A stretch of DNA of 29,866 nt from assembly GCA_038240245.1 (NCBI GenBank), contig JBBSDY010000001.1, forward strand, positions 1 through 29,866, written 5' to 3'. A model generated the notes under the pieces. It was not told the origin of the DNA. It did not search any database and was given only the letters and a program-made list of their open reading frames with translations. Shown in pieces: positions 1-8,836 of the stretch. The position numbers and the translations under genes are program-made. The stretch's first letter is position 1. The number at the start of each line of letters is the position of its first letter. Origin of the DNA: Polyangiales bacterium (GTDB taxonomy: Bacteria > Myxococcota_A > Polyangia > Polyangiales > Polyangiaceae).

Positions 1-2
1 GT

Positions 3-434
3 GCCATCATTCGGGTCGCCCACAGCTTTCTCGCCCGCGAGATCGTGATCATCGGCGAGGAGCCCTGGTACGAGAAGGCCAGCATGGGCATGCAGCGCTA
101 CGAGACCCTGGTCACCCTGAAGGACGACGAAGCCTTTTTCCGGCACGCCGGCGAGCGACCCATCTGGTCGGTCGAAAAGGACCACGCCACCATCGGCCTC
201 TACGAGGTCGCGGCCTATCCCGACGACGTCATCCTGGTGCTCGGCAGCGAGCGGGCCGGGCTTCCCGCGGCCATTGTCGAACGCTCGAGCGTCGTCGTCG
301 GAATTCCGATGTACGGGGTCAACCATTCGTTCCCCGTCGCGGTGGCGGCGGGCATCGTGATGTCCGACTGGGCGCGCCGGCGTTACGCCCCGGGAACGAC
401 AATCGTCGGGCCATCGCAGCGCGAAGAGCGATAG
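3..434 (+). CDS. SpoU/TrmH-family RNA methyltransferase, 5'-truncated by window edge
   Basis: The frame is open from position 3 (AIIRVAHSFLAREIVII...). It has the SPOUT C-terminal motifs VLGSERAGLP and IPMYGVNHSFPVAVAAGI. Confidence 0.85.
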   Translation, partial: AIIRVAHSFLAREIVIIGEEPWYEKASMGMQRYETLVTLKDDEAFFRHAGERPIWSVEKDHATIGLYEVAAYPDDVILVLGSERAGLPAAIVERSSVVVGIPMYGVNHSFPVAVAAGIVMSDWARRRYAPGTTIVGPSQREER

Positions 435-520
435 CGCTACCCTTTCCTTGACTCCTCCGGCGAGGCGCGGCTAACTGCCAAAATCCCGAGAGCAAAACGC
501 CGAGGATCCAAGGAGAGGCC

Positions 521-847
521 ATGCCCGTCGACATTCCCAAGCTCTTCAACGAGCAGCTGCCAGCGATACTCACCAAGAACGCCGACGAGGCCAAGACGAT
601 CAACGCCACCTACCAGATGAACATCACCGGCGCGGGCTCATGGCACCTCGACCTGACGAGCAACGGTCCCAAGGTGACGTCGGGTGAGCAGCCCGCCGAC
701 TGCACGGTCACCATCGCCGCCGACGACTTCCAGAAGCTTCAGGAGAACCCTGCCGCCGGAACGGCCCTCTTTTTCTCGGGCAAGCTCAAGGTCGCCGGCA
801 ACCAGATGCTGGGCCTCAAGCTGCAGAAGCTCTTCTCTATGAAATAG
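521..847 (+). CDS. SCP2 sterol-carrier / lipid-binding domain protein (108 aa)
   Basis: Motifs ADCTVTIAADDF, LFFSGKLKVAGNQMLGLKL are typical of SCP2. SD-like AAGGAGAGG lies upstream. Confidence 0.9.
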   Translation: MPVDIPKLFNEQLPAILTKNADEAKTINATYQMNITGAGSWHLDLTSNGPKVTSGEQPADCTVTIAADDFQKLQENPAAGTALFFSGKLKVAGNQMLGLKLQKLFSMK

Positions 848-1937
848 GCTCGAGATCGCGCAGAAGGCGATCGATGCGCAGGGCGCTCGCGAGATCCGAG
901 CTGGTGTGGGCGTAGTCCATCGCGGCAAAGAGGTGCGTCTGCTCGAGGTCGAGACGCTCGGGGTGTCGCTCGAGAAGGGCGAGGTAATGCTCGAAGACGC
1001 GACGCGGGTTGGAAGTCGTACGCTTGCGGATCGCGTGCCGGACGACGGCGTGCAGGGCGAACCTGCCACGAAAAGGCTCTTGCACCAGGTGCCAGCGCTC
1101 TAGCGATGCAAGCGCCCGCGGACCCGCGCGACCGGCACGGGCAAGCTCGAAGAGCGAATCGGCGCCGGCGTGATCACCGCCCAGATGCGCCAGAACGGCG
1201 AGAATTCTGCGGGCGACGGCGTCGATGCGAGCGTAGGCCCAGTCGACCAGCAGCGACACCTCGGGCAGATCGTCCTCGTGCTCGACGGCCCGAACGCGAT
1301 CGACGCCGCGCTGCACGAGCCAGGTTTGCAGATCGCGCACGCGCGCGGCCCGCGACGAGACCAGCGCATCGGCGATGTCGAGCGCCAGCGGGTTGTGGCG
1401 AAGCAGCTGGGTGAGCAGCCGAACCCGCGGGAAGGCGCTCTTGCCGCTGGTCACCAGGGGAGCGGTGACCGGAAAGATCGAGACGCCGGAGAGCAAGCAT
1501 CGCCGGGCGGTGATGACCCATGTCACCTCGCACGAGCGAAGTTGGTCCAAAAACTTCGCCATGGCCCGATCGTCCTCGTGGTTGTCGAGCACGATGAGCA
1601 TCGGGCGAGACCGTGCCGTATAGCGGCGGATCGCGGGGTAAAGAGCCTTGCGATCGCGGGGCGTTCCAAACCGGATGGCCAGCATCTCGGCGAGCGTGCG
1701 CGCATCCCAGGCGCCGACGCGAAACCAGTGCACCCCGCCGGCAAACCTGGGACGCACCTGGTGCCCCAGAGCGCAAGCGAGCATCGACTTCCCGCTGCCT
1801 CCCTGCCCAACCAGGGCGAGACGGCGCGGCACCGACGGATCGACGGCACGGGCGAGGGTTGCGAGCTCGGCAGCCCGGCCCCGTAGTCCAACCGGGCGCG
1901 GAGGAAATAGGCTGGTCGATCGAGAAATCGATGGCAT
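837..1937 (-). CDS. Stand-alone NB-ARC/STAND P-loop ATPase (about 366 aa)
   Basis: GRAAEL pre-P-loop, Walker A GQGGSGKS, Walker B LIVLDN, sensor ITAR, HNPLAL (GxP-like) and ALHAVVR (MHD-like). Start chosen at ATG 1937; 1973 is possible. Confidence 0.8.
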   Translation of the reverse strand: MPSISRSTSLFPPRPVGLRGRAAELATLARAVDPSVPRRLALVGQGGSGKSMLACALGHQVRPRFAGGVHWFRVGAWDARTLAEMLAIRFGTPRDRKALYPAIRRYTARSRPMLIVLDNHEDDRAMAKFLDQLRSCEVTWVITARRCLLSGVSIFPVTAPLVTSGKSAFPRVRLLTQLLRHNPLALDIADALVSSRAARVRDLQTWLVQRGVDRVRAVEHEDDLPEVSLLVDWAYARIDAVARRILAVLAHLGGDHAGADSLFELARAGRAGPRALASLERWHLVQEPFRGRFALHAVVRHAIRKRTTSNPRRVFEHYLALLERHPERLDLEQTHLFAAMDYAHTSSDLASALRIDRLLRDLEPIS

Positions 1938-1988
1938 GAACGTGAACGCGGTGCTGCTACGGGCTGGTAGCATGCAGCACCGGGAACG

Positions 1989-1994
1989 TACAAT
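1989..1994 (+). promoter_or_regulatory. Candidate -10 element (TACAAT) 7 nt before ATG 2002, leaderless geometry
   Basis: TACAAT-cggttcg-ATG, with no SD in between. Confidence 0.5.
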
Positions 1995-2001
1995 CGGTTC
2001 G

Positions 2002-2913
2002 ATGCCTCACCCCGTGAGTCCAAGAATTCGCAAAAGCGCCTGGATCGTCGCGGCGGCGTTGGCGCCCCTCACGGCGTGCCGTCAGGGTGAGCCAAGCTCT
2101 CCGGCGACCGTCCCCGAAAGCGTCGTTTTCATCAAGACCGCACCCAGCGTCGGACGTGTCTCGGTCGAGGATAGCGTCGTCGAATTTCGGATGGTCGGCG
2201 AAGGCCGGGCGCGGGGTGGGGCCGTGAACCGCACCACGACCGAGACGACCGAGCACGAGAAGCGACGCGACGAAGTTCTCGCCGTCTTCGATCGCTCCAT
2301 CACGAAGAAGAAAGTGACCTACGAGCAACTCGAGAAGCGCGAATCTCACAACGGTACGCGGGTGCCCGACGAACGCAGTCCCCTCGTCGGCCACGCCTAT
2401 GTCGCCGCGCTCGAGCAGGGATCTCTCGTCATCAGCGACGTCGCAGGCGCCAGCGTCTCCGATCCCGAGAAAAAAGAGCTCGCGCGGCGACTGACCGGAC
2501 TGGGAAAACCCGATCCGTTCCTCGAGGGCATCCCCGACGGCATCGTTTCTGCCAACCAGCCCGCCTTGGGCATGAAAGGCGGCTTTCTGGAAATGTTCGA
2601 AGGCGCCGACGAAGGACCGGATGTCGGGAAGGTCGATGTTCGCTTCGTCGGCGCTCGGGACCACGCTCAGGGTCGCTGCGGCGTTTTCGCCTTCAAGGTC
2701 GCGATCCAGATGGCCGGTGAGCCCAGGCTCAGCATCGATCTCGCCGGTGAGTTTCTTGTTCGCCTGAGCGACAGCGCACCCATCCAGCTCGAGGCTCGCG
2801 GTCCCACGCGTCTGGTGGGACGTCAGAAGATCGAGGACGTCGACGTGCAGCTCGATGGCACCGGCGAGATGCGCACCAGCCTCGAGATTACCTACCCGGT
2901 GACCCGCCGGTGA
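2002..2913 (+). CDS. Hypothetical lipoprotein (about 303 aa)
   Basis: Signal KSAWIVAAALAPLTAC with lipobox and a beta-strand-rich body. The ORF extension to 1648 overlaps the STAND gene and is rejected. Confidence 0.75.
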   Translation: MPHPVSPRIRKSAWIVAAALAPLTACRQGEPSSPATVPESVVFIKTAPSVGRVSVEDSVVEFRMVGEGRARGGAVNRTTTETTEHEKRRDEVLAVFDRSITKKKVTYEQLEKRESHNGTRVPDERSPLVGHAYVAALEQGSLVISDVAGASVSDPEKKELARRLTGLGKPDPFLEGIPDGIVSANQPALGMKGGFLEMFEGADEGPDVGKVDVRFVGARDHAQGRCGVFAFKVAIQMAGEPRLSIDLAGEFLVRLSDSAPIQLEARGPTRLVGRQKIEDVDVQLDGTGEMRTSLEITYPVTRR

Positions 2914-2931
2914 CTCGATTGCATCAGGCGA

Positions 2932-3669
2932 TCACCAGGTGACGGCCCAAAGCTCCGCGTAAGCGCCGTCGCCGGGCGGCGGTACGACGCCGGGCACCGC
3001 GGCTTTCATCTTGATGACGAGAACCTTTTGTCCGGCCTGCCTGATGTACGTTGCCTCTTCGGCGATGAGACGGACCGACGGGCCATCGGTGGCCATCGCG
3101 ATCCGCCCGTTATCGGAGGTCCATTCCTTGACGAAGGGGAGCGCCTTGTTCGCCCGGGACACCGTGTCGCCGTGCGCCAGCGCGCGGGCGAGCTTGGTTC
3201 CGTCGCGCCGCTTTTCCTTGGGAAGTGGCGCCATGGCGATGCGCAGCGGAAGATCGGTGGGGCCCACGCTGGCTGCTGAAACGTTGGACGCCGCCAGAAC
3301 CTCGAGCTCGACCTTCTCGCGCCCCTTCTCGACGCGAAATGTTTTTCCCATCCAGCGGCCCTGTCCCGAGGGCACCTGGCCAATCCCTTTGGTGGCCTGA
3401 CCGAACTCCCGCAGGATGCGGCAGGCCTGGCCATGCCGGCCACCGGAACAGTTGAGCTGACGCTCGAGCGCGCGGACATCGAGATCGGGTGGAAGCGCCG
3501 GTGCCGCGGCCTCTTGCACCATCCCGAGGGCGCTCCCGCCATCGTCGGAAGCGTCGGGCACGACGGCCATTCCGACCCGCTGGGGCGTCGCGTGGCACGC
3601 GGCGACGCTGGTGAACGCCAGCAGCAGGAGAGCCCTCGACGAGCTGGATGGGGACGGGTATCTGGCCAC
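2932..3669 (-). CDS. Hypothetical lipoprotein (245 aa)
   Basis: Signal RALLLLAFTSVAAC, a D/A/P-rich linker, and a globular domain with a Cys pair (LNCSGG...QACRIL). Confidence 0.75.
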   Translation of the reverse strand: MARYPSPSSSSRALLLLAFTSVAACHATPQRVGMAVVPDASDDGGSALGMVQEAAAPALPPDLDVRALERQLNCSGGRHGQACRILREFGQATKGIGQVPSGQGRWMGKTFRVEKGREKVELEVLAASNVSAASVGPTDLPLRIAMAPLPKEKRRDGTKLARALAHGDTVSRANKALPFVKEWTSDNGRIAMATDGPSVRLIAEEATYIRQAGQKVLVIKMKAAVPGVVPPPGDGAYAELWAVTW

Positions 3670-3721
3670 GCGGGGGCGAAGGTACGCAGAACGCCGTTGC
3701 GAAGCAACTGGCAGTGCTGCC

Positions 3722-4573
3722 TCAGCTCGGCCTTCGCGCGCCTCGCTCGCCCTGACGCAGGCCGCGCGGCGAGACGCCGGTTGCCGTCTTCACTTGCCGG
3801 CTGAATGTGTGCGGCGAGGCGAAGCCCGCCTGCTTTTTGACCTCGCCGATGGGCAAGTTGCTCTGCGTCAGCAAGTGAACCGCCCGCGCGACGCGCGCAG
3901 CATTCAACCAGGCCGCCGGGGTCGAGCCCACGCGACGGCGAAATTCGCGCGACAGGTGCTCGCGGCTGCACCCGTGCTGGTCGGCGAGCCGCTTGAGCGA
4001 CCAGGGCGCGGTGGGATTGCCCATCAGATCATCGATGGCGCGCTCGATGGGCGCGCGCGTGGACAGGCCCTTGGCATGCAGGCTCGCGAAGAGGAGCATC
4101 ACGAACGCGTGAACCGTCGAGGCGGTCGTCTCGGCCGACGATCGATTGCGCGGATCGGCGAGCCTCATGAGCCGGTGCATGGCCGAGCACAGCGGTCCCT
4201 TGGGAGGCACCGCCACGACCGAGCCGTGCTTGGCGCGAATCGCCTGCCAGTGCTCATGCAGGCCAATGCCCGCGAGATCGAGCCACTCGGTGCAATAGGC
4301 TTCTGTCGCGTCCGGCAGCAGGCCGTACACCGTCGGCTCGTCCCAGCAGAACATGATGGCGTGCCCGGGGCCGACGATGTGCTCCGAACCGTCGAGATCA
4401 CGAAAGTAGAGCGACCCCGAGACGGTGTATTGAAATAAAACGTGCACCGGGTTCCGGCTCTGGTTGTCCCACCAGTAGCGCTCGCCGGGCGGATGGCGCT
4501 CGCGCGCCGCGAAGTTCACCCTCCATAACGTGTCGCGCGGATCGAGCGCGGCCTCCGGCGCTGCCCTGCCCAT
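3722..4573 (-). CDS. AraC-family transcriptional regulator (283 aa)
   Basis: N-terminal cupin-like domain and C-terminal double HTH (SLKRLADQHGCSREHLSREFRR; LPIGEVKKQAGFASPHTFSR). ATG 4573 lies 8 nt after the GH4 stop. Confidence 0.92.
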   Translation of the reverse strand: MGRAAPEAALDPRDTLWRVNFAARERHPPGERYWWDNQSRNPVHVLFQYTVSGSLYFRDLDGSEHIVGPGHAIMFCWDEPTVYGLLPDATEAYCTEWLDLAGIGLHEHWQAIRAKHGSVVAVPPKGPLCSAMHRLMRLADPRNRSSAETTASTVHAFVMLLFASLHAKGLSTRAPIERAIDDLMGNPTAPWSLKRLADQHGCSREHLSREFRRRVGSTPAAWLNAARVARAVHLLTQSNLPIGEVKKQAGFASPHTFSRQVKTATGVSPRGLRQGERGARRPS

Positions 4574-4581
4574 GTTTGCAA

Positions 4582-6468
4582 TCAGTAGGTGGCCCTGGGC
4601 ATCGAAACTCCGAATCCCCAGCCGCCCACGTAGTTGTCGATCTTGAGAAAGACGCGGTTGATTCCGGGCTCGAGGTGAACGCTGACGGTGTCTTCGCCGA
4701 CGCTGTAGGCGCGCTGCACCTCGCGCGTGCAGACGACCTTGCCATTGAGCCACACCTTGATGCCATCGTCGCTGCCGATGCCGAGCACGGTGTCGCGCGG
4801 ATGGACCGCTTCGATCTCGGTATAAGCGTAGGCGCACGCCCACTCGACCGATCCGACCCACCGGTCGAGGTTGACCAGCCCGCGCTTGCCGGCCTTGACC
4901 TTCTTCCACGAGAGCGCACCATCCTTGGGGTCGCCGTTGTCGTAGGTTGCCCGTGCGTCGATGGATCCATCGTTTCGCTCGCGAAAATCGGCCTCGACGG
5001 CAGTGGCGAGATCGAGCGAGATCTTGCCCCGATCGGGCGATCGAAAGGGTCCGATGACGTGCCACGAGGAGATGAAGTCGGCCTCGCTGTCGGCCTGTGC
5101 CCTGTTCCAGCTTTCTCGCAGCACCTTGGGGTCGACCTTGGGAAAGCTCTTGCCGCTGGTGGGCACGAGTGTTTTCTTGTCGAGCCTGGGCAGCTCGTCG
5201 CCGTAAGCCGCGATCATCTCGTCGCACATCTCGACGATGCGATCCATGGACAGCGTCGCGGCAGTGAGCGGGTCGAACATGCACGCCTGATAGACGTGAT
5301 CGCGCCGGCCCTCGGTGGCGGCCCGGATGAACAGCTCGTGCTGGATGACGTGGGGCTGGATGTAGCCGACGAGCTGGGGCGGCAGCTCACCCACTTGCGC
5401 ATGGTGGAGGCCGGTGCGATCCACCAGCGTGGGAGCCTCGACGATGGCGGTGCGGGGCAGATTGGAGATGGTTCCGCCGTTGGGCATGTTGCCGTAGATG
5501 ACCGACGGTTGCCCGGTGACGATGCTCTTCATGATGATCGAGCAGTACTCGTGGCTCGGGTGAACGTCGCGGATGGGCTCGTCGGAGCGACTGAAGTCGC
5601 GAAGGCGCTCGAACTCGTCGACGATGCCATCGCAGCGGCGCAAGTACTCGTCGATGGGAACGTGGTATTTGGCCACCGACGCGGGCCCCTGGGGGATGAA
5701 AAACGAGCAGTACTCCGCGTTGTGCTCGCTCGACTCGGTGACGAAATGGCCGAGCCTCTTCATCAGCTCGAAGCGCACCCGGTTGGTGCTGTAGATGGCA
5801 TCGTCTTGCATGGCCTGAAAAAGGCGCGGGTAGAGATCCTCGCCGTTTTTTTGGAGCGACAGGTAAAACGCCATGTGGTTGATGCCCGCACAGACGAACG
5901 CGACGTCGCTCGGCGTCTCGCCGATGTAGCGCATGATCTGCTCGAACGTGCCTTGCACGCTGTGGCACAGCCCGACGGCGCGCACGTCGGAGGTGCGGGT
6001 GACCGTCTGCATGTTCATCGACATGGGGTTCGAGTAGTTGAGCAGCGTTGCCCCCGGACAGAGATCGGTCATGTCGCGGCAGAGCCCGCTCAGCATCGGA
6101 AACGTGCGCAGGGCGCGAAAGATGCCACCCGGGCCGGTGGTGTCGGCGATGGTGAAGTTGAGCCCGTATTTGCGGGGGATCTCGAAGTCGACCAGCGTGC
6201 TGTCGAAGCCTCCGATTTGCACCATGTTGATGACGAAGTCCGCCCCGTCGAGGGCCTTTTTACGGTCGAGCGTGGTCTCGATGGTCGGATTTGCGCCGAT
6301 GGCGCGCGCCGTCTTGCGGCACAGGTTGCCGGCGACCTCGAGCCGTTCGGGGTCGATGTCCATGTAGCAAATGCGCGCGTCGCGAAACTCGGGCAGACCC
6401 AAAATGTCGCCCGTCAAGTTGCGCGAGAACACGACGCTCCCCGCGCCGATCATGGCTACCTTGATCAT
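4582..6468 (-). CDS. melA: GH4 NAD+/Mn2+-dependent alpha-galactosidase (MelA-like) with extra C-terminal PA14-like beta-sandwich domain (628 aa)
   Basis: Motifs IGAGSVVF, DIDPERL, ADTTGPGG, NYSNP, VGLCHSV, GINHMAF, TESSEHNAEY. Extra domain: WHVIGPF...GSDDGIKVWLNG...NRVFLKI. SD GGAGG upstream. Substrate is inferred from family resemblance. Confidence 0.88.
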   Translation of the reverse strand: MIKVAMIGAGSVVFSRNLTGDILGLPEFRDARICYMDIDPERLEVAGNLCRKTARAIGANPTIETTLDRKKALDGADFVINMVQIGGFDSTLVDFEIPRKYGLNFTIADTTGPGGIFRALRTFPMLSGLCRDMTDLCPGATLLNYSNPMSMNMQTVTRTSDVRAVGLCHSVQGTFEQIMRYIGETPSDVAFVCAGINHMAFYLSLQKNGEDLYPRLFQAMQDDAIYSTNRVRFELMKRLGHFVTESSEHNAEYCSFFIPQGPASVAKYHVPIDEYLRRCDGIVDEFERLRDFSRSDEPIRDVHPSHEYCSIIMKSIVTGQPSVIYGNMPNGGTISNLPRTAIVEAPTLVDRTGLHHAQVGELPPQLVGYIQPHVIQHELFIRAATEGRRDHVYQACMFDPLTAATLSMDRIVEMCDEMIAAYGDELPRLDKKTLVPTSGKSFPKVDPKVLRESWNRAQADSEADFISSWHVIGPFRSPDRGKISLDLATAVEADFRERNDGSIDARATYDNGDPKDGALSWKKVKAGKRGLVNLDRWVGSVEWACAYAYTEIEAVHPRDTVLGIGSDDGIKVWLNGKVVCTREVQRAYSVGEDTVSVHLEPGINRVFLKIDNYVGGWGFGVSMPRATY

Positions 6469-6519
6469 CCTGCCTCCATCCGAAGCCCTTCCGCGCCCAG
6501 ATGATGGCGCGGTGCAAGC

Positions 6520-6597
6520 TGTGACCTATGGATGATGATACCTACAGAATCGCCGCCCTAGTGCACCAAAATGTGACCACCAATGTGCATTTTGTGA
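6520..6597 (-). promoter_or_regulatory. Candidate promoter/operator of the GH4-AraC operon
   Basis: Minus-strand -10 TATCAT (6535-6540) with a poor -35. On the plus strand, TGTGA occurs at 6572 and 6593 (21 bp apart), CAAAATG/CATTTTG forms an inverted repeat (6567-6594), and TGTGACC occurs again at 6520. Confidence 0.45.
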
Positions 6598-6610
6598 TGC
6601 GCGGGGGCGA

Positions 6611-7099
6611 TCAGGCGGCGAAGAAACCGTTCTGCTCCCAAAAACGAGCGATTCGGTCGCGTCCTCGCTTCACGATGCGCGACGCCGCCTCGTCGCGGCT
6701 CCGCAGAACGAACTGCGATGTTCGCGGGCGCATCGCGGTCTCGGAGCTGGGCGCCAAACCTCGTTGGCTTTGGGTCGCGACGGCCGCCTCCTCGACGCAG
6801 CGCTCGAGAGCCAGAGCCGCCAGCTCCCCAAATTGCTCGAGACACGCCTCGATGGTGAGCCAGCCGAGCGCCGCACGTCGAGTGGCATCGGTGATGACCG
6901 TACGAAGTGCCGTCGCGCTGGGCGGGTCGCTGGTGTCGCGAAGGGCGTCGATCGCCAGCTCCGAGCGCACTCCCTGCTTCAAGCACTGCGTGAAGAACGC
7001 GTCCCTTACAGCATCGTCCCAGTCGAGGCGCGCCCGCTGGGTCATGGCTCTTCGCATCGTCTGGGAAACTGCGCTGGGTTTTTGCGAGCTCGGGATCAT
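6611..7099 (-). CDS. Hypothetical protein (162 aa)
   Basis: SD GGAGG 5 nt before ATG 7099, upstream TAACCT -10-like hexamer (7130-7135), and helical composition. No family recognised. Confidence 0.6.
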   Translation of the reverse strand: MIPSSQKPSAVSQTMRRAMTQRARLDWDDAVRDAFFTQCLKQGVRSELAIDALRDTSDPPSATALRTVITDATRRAALGWLTIEACLEQFGELAALALERCVEEAAVATQSQRGLAPSSETAMRPRTSQFVLRSRDEAASRIVKRGRDRIARFWEQNGFFAA

Positions 7100-7317
7100 G
7101 TCGTCCTCCCCCGGTGCTGCCCGGGTCGGAGGTTAGACGAGCAAGGCTCATGCCCCAGTCATCGCGGCCCTGTCCGATGCGTAAGTGTTGGAAACTGCGC
7201 GCCATTGTAAGTTTGGTCCGGCGAACACCTGTGACAGGAGAGACACGGTGTTGGTCAACCGTTCCACAGATGGCGAGACGGCCCGCGATGTCCGCCATTG
7301 TGGCAGGGCCGTTTCGA

Positions 7318-8796
7318 TCAGCCCGGGGCGTACTCGTCGATGTACGGGCGAACCTTCAACTTGCGTCGGGTATTCGCGGAGCTCATGTAGCGAACGGTTC
7401 CAAAAATGGGGCGCTCCGGCCCCCACGGCCGATCGTAGCGACCTAGTGTCCAAAAATAGCCGGTGTACGAATTCGGGTCGCGGCCGTCGAGCGAGTACTT
7501 GCTCATGAGCTGGATCATGATCGCCAGTGCTTCGCGGGGCGAGCGACTCCACTCCAGGATCTTCTTGCCCCAGAGCATGCGCATGTAGTTGTGAAACCAT
7601 CCGTCGCGCACCAGCTGCATCTGGGCCGCGTTCCACAGCGGATCGTGGGTGCGTGCGGCTTCGAAGTCGGCCAGCTCATAGACGTGCATGCGCCGATCTC
7701 GTTCGTGTGCGTTCAGCGTGGTTTTGGCCCACGCCGGCAGTGAGTCGAAGCGATCGTAGTCGTCGCGCTTGTGACACATGTTGAAGCCGAGCTCGCGCCA
7801 CGTGACGATCTGGTCGAGGAATGCCTCGGCTTCGGGGCGCATGCCCCAGAATCCTTCGCGCTTTCCCGAGGGCTTGCTCGCGATCTCGTCGAGCGACCAG
7901 CCTTCTCGACGGGCCACGGAGGCGAACACCTGGTGCACCGACACGTGGCCGAAGTGCAGGTACGGAGACAGCTCGCTCGTTCCGCGCAGGCTGGGCTCGT
8001 TGCGCTCTGCCCGATAGCGCGGCAACCGGTCGTTCACGAACGTTCGCAAGGCTGCTGTTGCCGAAAGGGACCCGCCACGAAGGCGGGCATGCCCCACGCT
8101 ATGGTCGATCGCAAGGCGCGCGATGATGCTCGCGGGATCGGCGAGCTCCGGGGACCGAACCGGCGGCCAGCGGTCGGTCATCGCCCTGGGCAGCGCTCCT
8201 TCTCGAAGGCCTGGACCCGCAAAGGGTCGTGTCCTGGGAGGGTGCTCGAGGTGCTCGGGCAGCACCTGCTGAAGGAAGCGCCGAAACGAGTATGCCGTCA
8301 AAAACACGCGCGCGGTCGCTGCCAGCGGCACAAGTCCATTGGAGTCGACCTGCTCGAAGCGAACCCCCACCTGCGCTGCGGCAGCATCGACCATGCGCGG
8401 AAGAAAGAAGCACGGGAGCTCGTCGGTCACGACGACTGCGGCGCGGGCCGCGAGGCTGGCGAGAAGTCCCTTGCCCTCGCCCGGCATGAGCTCGACATAC
8501 GGATAGTAGAGCGCTCCGCTGGTCTCGAGCCTGCGGGCGTTGTCGGCCATCCCTTCGATGACGAAGCGATGGAGCCGATCGCTCGCCCAGGGGTATCCGA
8601 GGCGCAGCGCTTCGAGGATGACGAGAGGTTTGTCGAGTCGCCGCGCCCACGCGACTGCACGGTCGAGAGCGAAGTTGTGGGTAACCCGTCGTGCCGCGAT
8701 CATCCAGTAGAGGACGAACTTGGCTTCGGAGCGGACCGGTGCGTCGTTGCGCACCCGGACGCGTAGCTCCTCGGCGATGGCGGGAGCCTCGCTCAT
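7318..8796 (-). CDS. phr: Class II CPD deoxyribodipyrimidine photolyase (492 aa)
   Basis: N-terminal VLYWM...HNFAL, SELSPYLHFG, and the class II C-terminal motifs HNYMRMLWGKKILEW, LDGRDPNSY, DRPWGPERPIFGTVRYMS. Confidence 0.93.
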   Translation of the reverse strand: MSEAPAIAEELRVRVRNDAPVRSEAKFVLYWMIAARRVTHNFALDRAVAWARRLDKPLVILEALRLGYPWASDRLHRFVIEGMADNARRLETSGALYYPYVELMPGEGKGLLASLAARAAVVVTDELPCFFLPRMVDAAAAQVGVRFEQVDSNGLVPLAATARVFLTAYSFRRFLQQVLPEHLEHPPRTRPFAGPGLREGALPRAMTDRWPPVRSPELADPASIIARLAIDHSVGHARLRGGSLSATAALRTFVNDRLPRYRAERNEPSLRGTSELSPYLHFGHVSVHQVFASVARREGWSLDEIASKPSGKREGFWGMRPEAEAFLDQIVTWRELGFNMCHKRDDYDRFDSLPAWAKTTLNAHERDRRMHVYELADFEAARTHDPLWNAAQMQLVRDGWFHNYMRMLWGKKILEWSRSPREALAIMIQLMSKYSLDGRDPNSYTGYFWTLGRYDRPWGPERPIFGTVRYMSSANTRRKLKVRPYIDEYAPG

Positions 8797-8823
8797 TTTT
8801 GATGGCCGACCATACTCCTTGAG

Positions 8824-8829
8824 TATTCT
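8824..8829 (+). promoter_or_regulatory. Candidate -10 element (TATTCT) 7 nt before ATG 8837
   Basis: TATTCT-gggcgcc-ATG, with no SD. Confidence 0.45.
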
Positions 8830-8836
8830 GGGCGCC

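Noticed and set aside
4576-6504. 642-aa plus-strand ORF
   Set aside because: It is the antisense shadow of the GH4 gene, has no motifs, and is expected in high-GC DNA. The same applies to 9925-11337, 16271-17014, 19188-20306 and similar long overlapping ORFs.
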